This document shows, in pieces, positions 39,601 to 55,009 of a stretch of 64,000 nt of DNA (positions are counted from its first letter, which is position 1; each line of letters begins with the position of its first letter). The notes under the pieces are model-generated. The model saw only the letters and a program-made list of their open reading frames with translations. It ran no database searches and was not told where the DNA came from. The stretch is from the human T2T-CHM13v2.0 reference genome, Homo sapiens, in the NCBI RefSeq assembly GCF_009914755.1, contig NC_060948.1, one strand, 5' to 3'. A program made the position numbers and the translations under genes.

Positions 39601-41384
39601 GTTCAATAAGCTGCCATTATTCTAGTCTCAGTGACTGGCGGTACATGTCTCCTCCTCCCCACGCCTCACCTCATTAGCTTTTGTTGTCTTTAACATCGTA
39701 ATCATACCTACTAATGTGTATCATAAAGGGCATTCACCCAGTTATTTTTACAGTGCCCAAACATACTTTATACACAAAATTTCACCACGGCAAAGGGATT
39801 CTCATTTATAGTATAAACAATGAAACACGTCTCTCAATTATAACCCCAAACCAACTTTTTATTTTGTGATTATTAAAAAGATAAAATACCTAATTACTCA
39901 ACATTTCAAAGCTATCGGGTTTTTTTTTCTTTCATTGCTCCACTAGTCATGTTATTTGCTGTGAGCAAAATCAAATTCAATTTCTTCTTCTTTTTAAAAT
40001 CTCACAGAGAAACAAAGCTTATTTCCTTCTGCTCATCTTTTTCCCTTACAGCTTCAGTAAACTGAAGGAGAAAAAAATCTTGATCATTCTCATCTATTTG
40101 ATTATCTTTTAATAAGTACAGAGAAGTAAGAAAATAAGACAGTGGAAATAACTATATTTATTCCCAGAGCAAATATTTCATCATCTGTTGTTCTTACACA
40201 ACAACTATGAGGATGTGCTGAATACAGAACCTCAAACAAAAACATGAGAAACAGCAGTGTGTGATTTAGAAAAAGGTATCTAAACATACTGCACCCTACT
40301 TCCCACATATTTTTGTAGATAGCTTTAATGTGTTGTATTAGACCAATACTGACAACAGAAGCTTCAGCTTCTATTGCTGTTAACACCCTGAGCAATTACC
40401 GTAACTCAGCAGGAACCTCTGCCCAGAACAGCAACTATCACATTGTAATCAGCATTTCATAAGAGATGCTGTTCAAACAGGAAGGCACCTGTTAATGTGC
40501 AAAAACTGTACAAAGGGGGCTCAAGATCTAATAGGTAAAATAAAAATATTTACAATTTTATTTCACAGCTATATATTTTTCATGGTGCACTGATGTTTGG
40601 TTTTGTGAAAATCACACACAAAGACAATGGGCAGGAAAAGGGCAGTAGCAGCAGCCACTACCAAAACAAAACTCTTCAGGAATAAGGCTATACCCGTATT
40701 TCAGGTGTCAGTGCTGTATCTGTTAAAAAAAAAAAAAAAACACTTTGGAAGGAAAGATATAATAAGTAGCAAAGACCTCTAAAAATGGTTTTAAAAAATT
40801 CATATAGACATAAAAATTGGATAGAAAGCATTTGATTTACAAGATTAAACTGCAAGGCCGCCTTGCAATGCAACCAGGAAAGTTAAAAGTCACCTATCAA
40901 GAATAGATCCATCTTATAAGTAAATAGCACATTTGACTTCATCTTAAAACAGTAGGCATGCAATAACTTAAGCAATAACTTTTTAACAAAGAAAAATAAT
41001 GTGACTTTTTTTTTTTTACTGAATATACTAATTTGGTACTTGGGCCATTAAAAATGATAAAAAACAAAGGAGATGCAGAGAAAGATCTTTTCAAACTACA
41101 TTTCTTTAGACTGAAATATCACATACAACATAGTCAAAACAAATATTGTCAAATTACAAAGGGTGTTGGAAATAAGAGCATTCACAGATAGTGATACACA
41201 TCTCTACAAAGCTAAGGAATTAGGAATTCTCTACCCTTAAGAGTACAGACAGTGGTTCACAATCTTCAAAGTACTAGGGTCCCTTGTAAGATCAAAATGT
41301 TTCAAAAGACTCCCAAATGATACTACTTCAGTAGTATTTCAAATACCAATTGTTTGAGGAAAATAACAAACAAACAGTGGTTCC

Positions 41385-41766
<382 letters not shown>

Positions 41767-42472
41767 TTAAAAATCATAAAAGCATACTGAAAACAGGCTG
41801 AAAAATCATTGTCCAGACATGTGAGATCAATTCATTTACATCAAGCTTAGCATGTTTATTTGCAGACCTCTGCCAAATCTCTGCAGACATCCAGGGATCC
41901 AAAGCCTAAAGTATGAGAACCACTGGCCCTAAAAAAGCGATTTCATAATGAGGAACATCAACACTTATATATTCAGGAAGAATTTTTAACGAGAAAGTAC
42001 AGCAGCTATGTCCTCAGTTCTGCAACACATGCACTAAAACTGGAAAGAAAGTACAACAGCTTTACCATGCCCAAGCCAGACTTCTTTCAACCGCTACCCC
42101 GGGAAACCCCCACAACAATTTCAACATATACTCCACACCTACCGAAATATTGAAGGAAGTGACAGATTTCCACTGGAAACTATTCTCTGACCCATTTATA
42201 TTATTTCCCCTACTCATCAATTTACTGAATTTACTTTACTTTAGGCTCTTAACAATGGCTAAGAAGAAACAACCTACTTCAGAAATTCAAGGGACTATCT
42301 GAAATTGTCAAAACAGTTACTAAAGGGATAAAAACTTCAGAAATATTGTTTACAATATAAGCATTATGAGAGTAAGTGTTACAAAGCTGAAAAGATGGAA
42401 CTAGTAACCCTCGTTTCAGTGCTACTGCCACGAGACAGTTAGCACTCAAAAGGTGAACTGGTAACCACGTCA

Positions 42473-42736
<264 letters not shown>

Positions 42737-43361
42737 TTATCGTAAATTTTTTTCCAAAAGATGATATTAAATTGCAAATATCTTTAGGCTAAAGGAAAAC
42801 AGCCCTTTGGTTCTTTCTGATTATTTTTCTAATAATTTAAAGAATCTGATGAAGCCTAAATTATTTTCTTCAGAGTCCCTGAAGAAGAAGGGAGGATTCC
42901 AAGGGATTATCCATATTCAGATGAAGACATTTAGATAAAAGAAACCGCTTGCTCGAGATCACACATCAAGATGAAATATTGAGTATCTTATTCAGATAGA
43001 TGCTCACATGTCTTCAAAAAAGAGAAACGTGCTACTATATTTGTAATAAATATTTTGTGAGGAAATAAATGAAATACGCAAAGATGACTAGCTTGAATAT
43101 GCTACTACAATGACCTTTTCAGCTCATCAAAAAGAGAAAGAAAACTAACCTCTTACAGACAATTTGCCATTACATTGTACCCTAAACACATTTTATTTTC
43201 TAATTGTAAACAAAACCAATGCCACTAATCAGAGATGGAATAAAGTAAACCAAATTGCATTTTCTTCAGGGAAGAGGGGTGCTTTCTTAAATTACATTTG
43301 ACATGGCAGTGGTTGGAAAATAATTTTTGATGCTCTCAATGACTGGAGTGTAAAGCATTGC

Positions 43362-43461
43362 TTTTTTTTTTGGCTGGTCTCCAACTCCTGGGCTCAAGCA
43401 ATCCTCCCACCTCAGCCACCCAAAGTGTCAGGATTACAGGCATGAGCCACCATGCTTGGCC
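43362..43461 (-). mobile_element. Alu left-monomer (FLAM-like) fragment
   Basis: CTCCTGGGCTCAAGCAATCCTCCCACCTCAGCC...GAGCCACCATGCTTGGCC. Confidence 0.8.
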
Positions 43462-43685
43462 AAGGTTGCTTTTTAAAATGCCATGTTAAGACACTTTAAT
43501 AAAAAGCAATGATTTTAAGGAAAGCAGTGGCTATAGAGAGAGTTAACCTCCTCCTACCCCCATATCACAACCTGAGATCATCATAAAGCTTAGGTCAGGA
43601 AAGTCTATGTATTATTTACTGAAAAGTAAAGGCACAGTCAATCAAATCTAGTAACGGTGACCATAATGCCTCATTCATTCATTCA

Positions 43686-43776
43686 TTTTGCATAGAAAGG
43701 GCCTCACTATGTTGCCCAGGCTAGTCTCAAACTCTTGGGCTCAAGCTATCCCCCTGCCTTGGCCTCCCAAAGTGCT
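43686..43776 (-). mobile_element. Alu left-monomer fragment cut at CCCAAAGTGCTG
   Basis: CTCACTATGTTGCCCAGGCTAGTCTCAAACTC...; the expected ATTACAGG...GGCC is missing. Confidence 0.82.
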
Positions 43777-43909
43777 GATCTACCTAATGCTAAATGACGA
43801 GTTAATGGGTGCAGCATACCAACATGGCACATGGATACATATGTAACAAACCTGCACAATGTGCACATGTACCCTAAAACTTAAAGTATAATAATAATAG
43901 TAAAAAAAA
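43777..43909 (+). mobile_element. L1PA 3'-terminal stub (~130 bp)
   Basis: TACCTAATGCTAAATGACGAGTTAATGGGTGCAGCA...AAAACTTAAAGTATAATAA plus A-rich tail. Confidence 0.93.
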
Positions 43910-44221
43910 GAGTTAACATATTTTGTTCCTTTCCCATGATTTAGATGTGCGTACACCCTAAACAAGCAATCTGTGGTAACTCTGAGAGATTCCTCAGTTG
44001 CTAAGAAATTCTTACTGCCCAATAGCTGAGTCTAAATCAAAGATAAATACAGACAGTACTGTAACCTACACACATCATTTAATCCTTACAGCAGATTTCT
44101 AACTGCTCTAAAACCTCCATTCTGATCAATTTATATCACACAAATACCTTCTCAGTTAATCTTCAACCAAGAAATTGTAGTTGTGAATGCAAATTTGTCT
44201 GTATTAAGTTCTAGCACTGAC

Positions 44222-44523
44222 TTTTTTTTGTGGCGGGGGAGGGGTGGAGATAGGATTTTGCTCTGCTGCACAGGCTGGAGTGCTATGATGTGAAAGGGCT
44301 TACTGCAGGCTTGCCCTCCTGAGCTCTAGGGATTCTTCTACCTCAGCCTCCTGAGTAGCTGGGACTACGGTCTCATCACACTCCCAGCTAATTTTTTACT
44401 GTTTTGTAGAGACACAGTCTCACTATGTTACCCAGGTGGGTCTCCACATTGCTCAAGCAATCCTCCCGCTGCCTCAGCCTCTCAAAGTGCTGGGATTACA
44501 GTCATGAGCCACTGCGCTCAGCC
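44222..44523 (-). mobile_element. Alu (AluJ)
   Basis: Diverged reverse dimer with J-type motifs (TCTCACTATGTT, GCTCAAGCAATCCTCCC). Confidence 0.85.
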
Positions 44524-44805
44524 CCACTGCCATCTTTTGAAATTTAAAAAACTCCTATGTGGGAGAATGAAAATCTGGAACTTGATGTGAAGTTCAGAAC
44601 AGTAACAGCATTCCTCAGTAAAATGATTGTTCCAGATTACGGACATAACACAGTGAAGTATTTTCATCTCTTTCTCAGAAAAACATAAAAATGTTAATCT
44701 GCTAATTACATCTCATACGAAATTCATGTCACTCTTCACAGTAAAAGTAACTTAAACAAAATGATTTCACCTAGGTTTTACTGTCTTCTGTAAGAAAATA
44801 TCGTG

Positions 44806-45205
44806 TTTTTTTTTTTTTTTTTTGAGACAGGGTCTTACTCTGTTGCCCAGGCTAGAATGCAGTGGTGCAATCATGGCTCACTACAGCCTCGACCTCCCAG
44901 ACTCAAGTGATGCTCCTGCCTCAGCCTCCTGAGTGGCTGGGACTTACTCTGTTGCCCAGGCTAGAATGCAGTGGTGCAATCATGGCTCACTACAGCCTCA
45001 ACCTCCCAGACTCAAGTGATGCTCCTGCCTCAGCCTCCTGAGTAGCTGGGACTACAGGTGTATGCCACCAGGCCCAGCTAATTTGTAAAAATTTTTTGTA
45101 GAGATGAGGTCTCACTATGTTGCCCAGGCTGGTCTTGAACTCCTGGGCTCAAGCAATCCTTCTGTCTCCGCCTCCCAAAGTGCTGGGATTACACTGTGCC
45201 CAGCC
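44806..45205 (-). mobile_element. Alu (AluJ) with internal 109-bp tandem duplication
   Basis: Right-arm segment starting CTTACTCTGTTGCCCAGGCTAG occurs at 44834 and at 44943. Confidence 0.93.
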
Positions 45206-45419
45206 TAAAAAAGGTGTCTTAATACACACAATACATCAAATGAAAAGGAAAGGCTTTGCTAGTGTTCAACAGGTTTTGACTCACTTGTTTCCCTGATCTC
45301 ATCTAAAAGTTGAGTCTGTCTTTTTTTGAGCAATGCTATAAGCCACAATATACTGGCATGACCATAATACATTTTTGGAAACACCAAGCAGGTTAGATGA
45401 CTTCTTCTATTATCGTTGA

Positions 45420-45800
<381 letters not shown>

Positions 45801-46313
45801 TAAAAAGTACCTCTCTAGAGTCTGGTCGATCCTGTCCCAAGGTAAAATTTCCTGTTTCTAAGAATCTTAAGGTTTACTTGTCTCCACCAAACAGTCAATT
45901 CTGCAGGGTCACCACAGTCTCATTTATGATTGAAGCTAAACAATGTTAAAATGAGCAGACTTATCTATAAACCTTAGTGCCTTTGTCCAGTTACCTTCTT
46001 ATGAAATATTTCTGACAGAAATATGATATCTGTCATTAATTTTAATATTTTAAAATCATTATGAACAATCAATATCTTTGGTTATTTTTCTTTTCTTTGT
46101 TTCTGAATTGCCAATTAATAGCCTTTGTTCAGTAGGGTAATCATCTTTTTCTTATTGTAGTAGGGGAACCTCCTATAGAGTAGGGCTTTTAAAACTAATA
46201 TAGGCAGCAAATATTTTTTCCCACTTCACTTTCTGTCTCTGTTTATAGTGTCTTTTACTTAGAGATTTTAAATTTTATATAATTAAATTTGATGATTTTT
46301 ATCTTTATGGTAT

Positions 46314-46849
46314 TGTCAGAGACATTTGAACCAGAGAAACTTCATCTTGAATAGGGGCTGGGTAAAATGAGGCTGAGACCTACTGGGCTGCATTCCCAGA
46401 CGATTAAGGCATTTTAAGTCACTGAATGAGATAGGAGGTTGGCACAAGATACAGGTCATAAAGACCTTGCTGATAAAGCAGGTTGCAGTGAAGAAGCTGG
46501 CTAAAACCCACAAAACCAAGATGGCCGTGAGAGTGTCCTCTGCTCATCCTCACTGCTACACTCCCACCAACACCATAACAGTTTACAAACGCCATGGCAA
46601 AGTCAGGAAGTTACAACATATGGTCTAAAAAGGGCAGGCATGAATAATCCACCTCTTGTTTAGCATATAAACAAGAAATAACCAAAAAAATGGGCAACCA
46701 GCTTCTTTGTCTATGGAGTAGCTATTCTTTTATTCCTTTACTTTCTTAATAAACTTGCTTTCACTTTATGGACTCTCCCTGAACTCTTTATTGCATGAGA
46801 TCCAAGAACCCTCTCTTGGGGTCTGAATCAGGACCCCTTTCTACTAACG
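46314..46849 (+). mobile_element. MER41A solo LTR within old L1-like AT-rich sequence
   Basis: TGTCAGAGACATTTGAACCAGAG...GGACCCCTTTCTACTAACG with 4-bp TSD GTAT (46310-46313 and 46850-46853). Confidence 0.88.
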
Positions 46850-49364
46850 GTATCACACTTGGAAAGGCTTTTCCTATATAAAGATTACAAAATATTCTCT
46901 TCTGCTAACTTTTATGGTAAAACACTTTTCTCTTACAAATTGTAATCCAACTGAAATCCATTTGTTTTTGGTATGGCTGAAGGGAAGGATATAATTGCTC
47001 AAACAGATAATCAACTGTCCTAATGATCACTTATTGAATAATTATTTCCTCACTGAGATGAAGTCACCTTATACATGTGATTTTTTGGAGGGGCTATGGA
47101 TTGTGTTCCATAGGCCTCTTTGTTTATTCTTGAGCTAGTGCTTCACTCTTTTAATTGGTACAGTTTCACAGCATATTTTGAAGTCTGTGGGAAAAAGTTT
47201 CCTTTCACAAATGGCTATTATAATACAAGAGAGTTCACAAAAGATTATGGCAAAATACCACTCTCCAACAATTTTGCAAAACTAAGTAATTTTCTGCTAG
47301 GTTAGAAGTAAATGATTTGTCCTCAGCTGCTGCCTGGTGAGAGGGCAAGCAGAGGAAGAACATATGTAAAATTTAGAATATATTAATAAGGCAGAACCAG
47401 CTCAATACTAAACAAATTATAAGGAAACTCATTTGGCCTATAGTCCCATAACTATGTCTTCTCCCAATCTCTTAATTTCTTAATTTCATCAGAGTAACAG
47501 TAGAAAATCTCTTAATTTCATCAGAGTAACAGTAGAAAAAGAAAGATTCCAACTTTTGGCTCTATAGTCTATTATTTTTTATTTAGTTTCTTCTTTCAGA
47601 AGATCAGTTTTGTACCCTTAGATACGAGGTGAAAAACTGCAGAGGGTCATTCCCCCAATTTTGATGTCCTTCTTTAATTTTTCAGCAATTGCAAAACAGG
47701 TCTTTAGTTTGTTCATTCAACAAACTACTAAGGAGCATCATCTAGGTATAAGGTATTTTGTTGGATCCACTATTAAATAACAGTATCTAACCTCAATCTG
47801 AACCATCAGATTAGATTAATTGCTCTTCTCTGTGCTCAGAATACCTGTCTGTACTTCTGATGGGCACTTATTATGTTCTGCTGAAATGATCTGTCTCTCT
47901 AGTGGCTTGTTAGCTAATTGAAGGTAAGGATACTGTCTTATTCATGTTGTTTCCCTAATACCGAGCATGGTGCCTGGTACACTGGTGCTTTAAAAAAATT
48001 AATCTAGTGGAAGTCTACAAGGTGAACTGGAAAGAGGAGAATCTGGAAACAGGAAGGTAAATTGAAAAGCTTGTTCCACTGTTTTGGGCAGGAGGTAATA
48101 AAAGTCTGAATTATTGTGGTGGCAGTGGAAATGAAAATGACGGAAAGGATGTGAGAAACATTACTGAATTATTATATAAAGCTAAGTTTAATTAGACATG
48201 CATTCACTTACAAGTATTAAGCATGCATATATAACAGGGAGAGTTCTTACTTAGAAAGTCTTTCATGCTAGAGAAAGGAGACAAAAACAAAAACAAAAAA
48301 AGAAAAAAGAAAAGAAAACAGCATTAGCAAGAGACTGATTTGTATTATTTCCATCTATAAATGCACTTTTGAAATCAGATGGCTGAACTTCACAGCTGGA
48401 GGTGGGGGTGCCATTTAAGAAAAGCAATCAAATTGACTACACAAAGGTGACTTAGCCCTAGTTCACACTTCTTTGTATGCCATGACTCACTAGATTTGAG
48501 GCATTAGGGATAGCATCTTTTTAAACTAGAAGTTAGCAAAATGTAAAATGATCAAAAACTGCCCCCAACTCCCCGCCCAACTAACTAGCCAAGCTTGTGT
48601 TCTAGGAGTGACTATCACAGACTTTCTATGTGACATTTGGCCTCTCTGGATCTCAACATTCATTCTATTAATTTCCTTCGTTCACAAACTCCCAACCTTG
48701 CCCTGAGTGAATGCTGCAACTACAAATATTAAAACTCAGGAGACTTCCTCAGTTTCTCCTAGGTTGCTAGTGAAAGTAGAAGAGTAAGGGAGATGGGAGA
48801 AAGTCCCATCCTAGTCCCTAGGATGCTGGTTAAAAAAAAAAAAAGTAGGTACTCTGAGGTCTCAAAAGGAGTTTTATAGATACAACCAGTAAGCTTGGTC
48901 ATTGTAAACAAATCAAACAACAAAAAGTGCTTATGTCTGTGTTTGACATTTACTTTTTACTGTAGATGACCTTTACCCTCCTATCCCTTCTTTTTTTTTT
49001 TTTTTTAAGAACTCTGGCAAATAAAAATTCAATTGATTTAAATGTACTTAATTATTTCCCTTTCTGAAGGGTTAAAGAACCACAAAATCTTCAAGACAGA
49101 CAAGAGGAGGAAGAGAACCAAAGGTCCAATAATCTACAAAATGGATAATGAATCCTTGAACTTCTGAGAAGTCACTCAATGACACTGCTTTGCACTAAAC
49201 AGTCCCTGGAAGCCACTGGTTTGTCAAACAACATAGCAGGACAACCCAACACACCACACCCTACAGCTGTCCAGGAGAGGTATACAGTGACAGCACATAT
49301 GACTAAAGAGGACTGAAAAGAGTCACCTTGATAAACATGACATTTCCTCATGGAATCTCTCTTT

Positions 49365-49540
49365 AAATCAAGGGTTATACTCATCAGAATAATCCTGCAC
49401 ACTTTTGCAAAATGTACATGTCCTAACCTCAGTACTGGAGATTCTGTTTCAGTAGGTCTAGAATGCAGCTTTCCTATATGTATTTTTAAAAAGTAACCCA
49501 GGTGATTCTGCTGTACAGCCCTGGTTAAATACCGCTGGAC
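49365..49540. mobile_element. MER5A-like DNA transposon relic
   Basis: AGATTCTGTTTCAGTAGGTCTAG...TATTTTTAAAAAGTAACCCAGGTGATTCTG. Confidence 0.7.
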
Positions 49541-49860
49541 TAAATGAAGGTTTTTTGAACATGGAGACATGCCCCCATTTGAGGTGGGGGAATCATTAGG
49601 ACTCATTAAGAAAAGTATATGGTATATTCTCATACATTGAGGTGAGAATCCTGAAAGTTGGAAATCTAAAATTCAGGACAATTCCAGGCATTTTTCCTGT
49701 CCCACATTTATATATCTAATCTCCAGTGGCACTTACATGTATACCCCACACTTTCATTGCCTACTTTCTCAACTTACCTGAAGTTTTTTTTTCTTGATAT
49801 CTTTTTTTTCAAAAAAGAAACTAAATTTTAATCACCTCTCAAGAACTAACACATATACAG

Positions 49861-50160
49861 GGCTGGGTGCAGTGGCTCACACCTGTAATACCAGCACTCT
49901 GGAGGCAGGAGGATCACTTGAGCCCAGGAGTTCAAGACCAGTCTGGGCAACATGGCGGGACCCCATCTCTACAAAATAATTTTTAAGAAGTTAGCTGGGC
50001 ATAGTGGTGTGCACCTGTGATCCATGCTACATGGAAAGCCAAGGCAGGAGGATCACTTGAACATGAGAGGTCGAGGCTGCAGTGAGCTGTGTTCATGCCA
50101 CTGCACTTGAGCCTGGGTGACAGAGTGACGCCTTGTCTCAAAACAAAACAAACAAAAAAA
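49861..50160 (+). mobile_element. Alu (AluJ)
   Basis: GGATCACTTGAGCCCAGGAGTTCAAG, GAGGTCGAGGCTGCAGTGAGC and an A-rich tail. Confidence 0.92.
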
Positions 50161-50968
50161 AGTATGCAAGTGAAGCTGAGATCCTGGGCTATGGGTTATG
50201 TCACTCATTAGCTTTGTGAGAAGACCTAGCATCTGGGTGGATTAAAATTCATGGTCCAGGAAAACTATTTATTGTGACATGTCAAATACTTGTGAATAAT
50301 TCAGCCTGAACTCCATACCAGCAAATGCAAAACATCTGTTGTATTTAAGAGCCCACTGTGTGCAGAGCCCTGTAGAGGAGGCACTGAGGAAGAAGCAGAA
50401 TAAGTTGCACGACAGAACCAGGAGAGCACTGTGAACATAATTAACAAGTTCGCCTGAAGCAATGTAGGGAAAACATGAGAATATGTGCTATGGAGATAAC
50501 AGTGGTAACCCATTGGCTTCAGCTAAGAAAACCTCCTAAAAGATAGGAGTTTTGGGAAGATCATATTAGAGAAACACATACAAACACATATTTTTTTCCT
50601 GATAACAAAGATCCAGAAGAGATACATACATTCTTTTAAAAAACATATTGTTATGGAGGGAACATTTCCCTAAAATTCCATCTTATTCCTAATTATATTT
50701 TTAGTACCTACAGGGCCAGAACACAATAGGTGTTCAATAAACACTAACTGAACTGAATTGTTAATGCTCTGAGAAGTGTGATGGCCTTGGCTAGACCTGA
50801 TTTCTAATTTCTGCTCTGACATCTAGCAATGTGACCTTGGCAAGTTACCACTTATTCTAACAGTAAGAATTAACTGTGATAACTACAAGGAAGTGAACTC
50901 TTAAAATGTCAGCTTCCCCGCCACCATTCCTCTGCTTTCATTTTTTAAATTGTAAGAATATTTTATTA

Positions 50969-51263
<295 letters not shown>

Positions 51264-54200
51264 AGAATATTATATTGGCTACTGATGCTGGTTAGAGTAC
51301 CAACTTAAAACTTCATACCTTTGGTTCAGGGAATTGAGTTCACATGTAACCAAATGAAACAATAATTTAGAAGACCATTTATTTTCTCTCAGTGCTTCTG
51401 ACTAGAACAGCCTTCAAACTATACCCTTCATATGGGGGTAGCATTGTTGACACTCTTTCCAAAGATGTACTTTCCACATCGTCTTAGGTATGGAAAAATG
51501 ACCTGTTTACAATCAAACTGGTCCCTTGGGCCTTTTCTTCCTCCTATTGAACTAGGAGCTCATTTCTCCATGGTGTGCAGACTGAGGCCTAACTTTCTGA
51601 CAATTAAATCATGCTTTTTTGCTGACTTTTTCTTGAAATGTGAAACCTCACTTGAATTTTTTTTTTTTTTAGTTTCTTCTTTTAAATATCCTATTTGTTG
51701 GGTAAGATTTTACTATATCTTTAGTTTTAAATTCTGCTGTGTAGACTCTGGCAGCTGCCTCTATGGTGACAAAACAAGCTTTTTTTTTTTTTTTTTTTCA
51801 TTAAAACAGGGAGATTAGGATTTTACCAGGCATCAATCTTAGCCATTATCTATAAATCAAAGCATGCTAATAATTTCCATTGCTTTACTTTTTAAATGAC
51901 ATTAACCCTTTTCATTTAGAATGTTCTGGAAGCACAATTAAGCCAAGAAAGTTTTCAGATATATGGCTGTATAGTATGGCTGTGTGAACTGTATGACCTT
52001 CACTGAGGAGGTTGACATAAAATACAAACACTTAAAAATTGAAACACACAAAAAATAGGTTAGCACTATCAAGCAGCAATCAGAAAAAGCCCCCAGGGTT
52101 CCTGGATATGAAAAGGCAGATTCCACAGGATTTTCAAGAGGCCTAGATTAATTTTTCCACAAATGAGAGCACGTGGAGGAAGGTAATGATAATGGTGCTC
52201 ACACTTGTGATTCCCATACCAGTTTTTGTCCCTATAGGCTTACTGTAGGAGGTGTTCCCTACAGCCACCTAGGAAGTTGATGACCTACACTCTTACTTCT
52301 GCTTGCCAGGAGTAACTGAAAGCAAACACCACAGTCTGTTGTTTATTAGCTTTTAAAGGCTTGTTAACATTCCTTGTTAACAATTTCTTTTTGGGTAACC
52401 TTTTATAAAATGTGTAAGTAATGAGTGATCCAGCAGACAAGGCAGTAGACAATTTACCTAGATGCAGATATTAGAGAAAACAGAGCTTGCAAGTTAATCC
52501 TTGATCTTTCCTTGCTATCTCTAATTCCCTCCAGCTTTTACCTGACTTTTGGAGCTATGTGGAATCCTTTATTTTTTATTTTTTTAAAATATTATTGCCG
52601 TCAGGGGCTAGCCTTAGCAATGTCCTGGGAAAGTCAACCCTACCAATTAGAGGAGAGTAGATAAATCTCCTAAAACCTCAGAGATTAGTGAGCTTTGGAT
52701 GCAGTAGGGATAACACAGTTAACTTAATACAAACAATATTATTTCAAAAAAGGAAGAAAACTGGACTTCTAAGGGTGAATTATTCTCACTGTAATAGAAA
52801 TGGTTTCCTTTCAGGTTTTTAGCCTAAAAAGAGTAAGGCAAGATAGCTTAAAAGTATATAGGGTTTAATGTTTAATTCCCCTAATTCTGATAAAATGGCT
52901 TAGGTTTTTAGATCATACTTCCTAACTAATTTTCATTGGTGGAATACCTCTAGAAACTATTGTTTTGCTTGGCTTCTTGATACCCTAGATAATCCGGGGT
53001 TTGATGAAAAAAACACTAGTTGGATTTAGGGAGAGAGAAGATGGGGTTTCTTGGGTAAAGAAGCAGAGTGGCTGGATTGACTCAGAAGACTTAACTTGAA
53101 TTTTTCCTCTTCATCCTCCTGTCATTCAAACTAATTACAGATCACATCAACTGTTAGACTAACTCGACTTCATTCAAGAAAGCTGACTGCCAACCCTGCA
53201 GGGTGACTACTAAGTAAATCTAGAGGAGATAAGACAGAGTGGGAGTTTGCCTAAGTAATCTCAGGGGAACAGTAAGCCAGGAAGTGACATCAGAAGAGGT
53301 AAGCAGAACACAGAGTAGGGAAATGAACACTGAAGCTTCTCCCAGAGAAGAGGATTCTAAGAGGTCAGCTGAGTGGGCAGGAAATAAGGCGAAGTCCTAG
53401 AACATAAGGCTTAGGGACTTCAGCCGAATCGATGATCCTTTAGAGGCTAGGAATGTGGACTCATCTTATCTATGCTCTGGCAATGGTCCCATCCTTCCAT
53501 CCTCCTCCTCTGTATACTCCCTCTCTCTTCTCAAAAACACAAGTTAGTCTACTCTGTAAGTAGAGTCTGAATAGCTTATCTGCACATGATGATATCATAT
53601 ATTTTAGAAAAGGCATGAATCTTTTCTCCAATTGGTAGGTTAATTCACAAATCTATTATGCTGTATGCTCTAATCTGGAAGTCTTAGAACTTCTCTAAGT
53701 GTTTTTGTCAAAGACTGTTTTGCTCTACCTTCTATTGAAGACAAATGATGGCCACTAAAATGAGACTCTCTAGTGTGTCTGAACTAGATAGAAACTGTTC
53801 AAAGAAGGAATTACTTTCACAGCTTTTATGGCCCAACTGGGGACAACAGATAATGTGAATGAGACTCTAGAGAAGAAGAGACTAAAAGCTGCTCAGAAAC
53901 CAATATGAATACAGAGAGTAGAGGTAAAAAGAATGATTAGCTGGATAGACCATAGTTTTAAAAATGTCCCAAAATAAGAAGCAGACTTCTTTCTTTCATA
54001 CCTCTTGAAATTCTCCCATAATAATCTCATTGCTTGGGCCTGTTTCTCATAAAAGAACAGAATGAAGATCACCATTAATTCAGATGGCAATCCTAGAAAG
54101 GGACAGAAATCAGACTGGTTTTGATTTGTGAAATGTGTAGGGCCCTCAAAACACCAGAGACTGGCTTAGAAAAATCCCCACAAAAGCTTTCAACTTGAAA

Positions 54201-55009
54201 GTTATCAGGAGTTCAGGAAGGCACATAATTAAAAGCAAACTCCTTCTACCAAGTTTAAAATAAAACTGTGGCTCAGGAAAGCTGGGCCCAAGGGAAAGGA
54301 ATGAGACCAAGTCACATGTCTGCTACCAAGGCTGAAACTGGTTTAACTCATTTTCCTTTTGGAGTTATGGCTTGACCCCACAGTGATGGGAAAAAACTTC
54401 TATTTACATTTTCTCCCGAAGAGGGAATAAGCAGAAGGAACATTTTATATTATGTTCTTGTGTACTAGCTGAGCCAGAGGAAAAAATTTGAGCTATTCTG
54501 GGGTGGTCTACAGAGAACCATCTTCTTTCCCTTCAGTGTTCTCAGAATATTGACTGTTGATGAACAAGCCAATGATGTGAGTGTGGCTGCAGCAAGGACC
54601 CTTCAAATTTTCAGAGGTACTGCAAACCTAATCATGGTCTGAGTTAATTGCGAAATAGTATAATTTTGTAACTTTTGAGTTTAAGAATCATTCTGGTTTC
54701 ATATGTAAGTCCAAGAGAGACAAAAGTTTTCCATCCTTCTATCTTAAGGAAAAAGATTTCTTCATAATTCAAACAGACAAGATTCTTAGGAAACTTGAAA
54801 TAAGGAGAATCTACCAGTCTCTAACTTTGAAGTGAAGCCTTCATTGTTCTAGTAATTTATCTGGGGATCCTGCATAATCTAGAAATAAATGTGAGGGTGG
54901 AACAAGAACTTCCAAGGTTTATGCAAAGATGTGACAGTAGAGGGCAATGATAATGAGGCCTATGCTGTTTTTTATATCAAAAAAATTAATATCATCAAAT
55001 TTTCAATTT

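Noticed and set aside
52240-52570. Splice-site-like motifs hinting at exons of a second duplicated gene
   Set aside because: Short frames end in stops and match no protein I recognise; one acceptor lacks a pyrimidine tract
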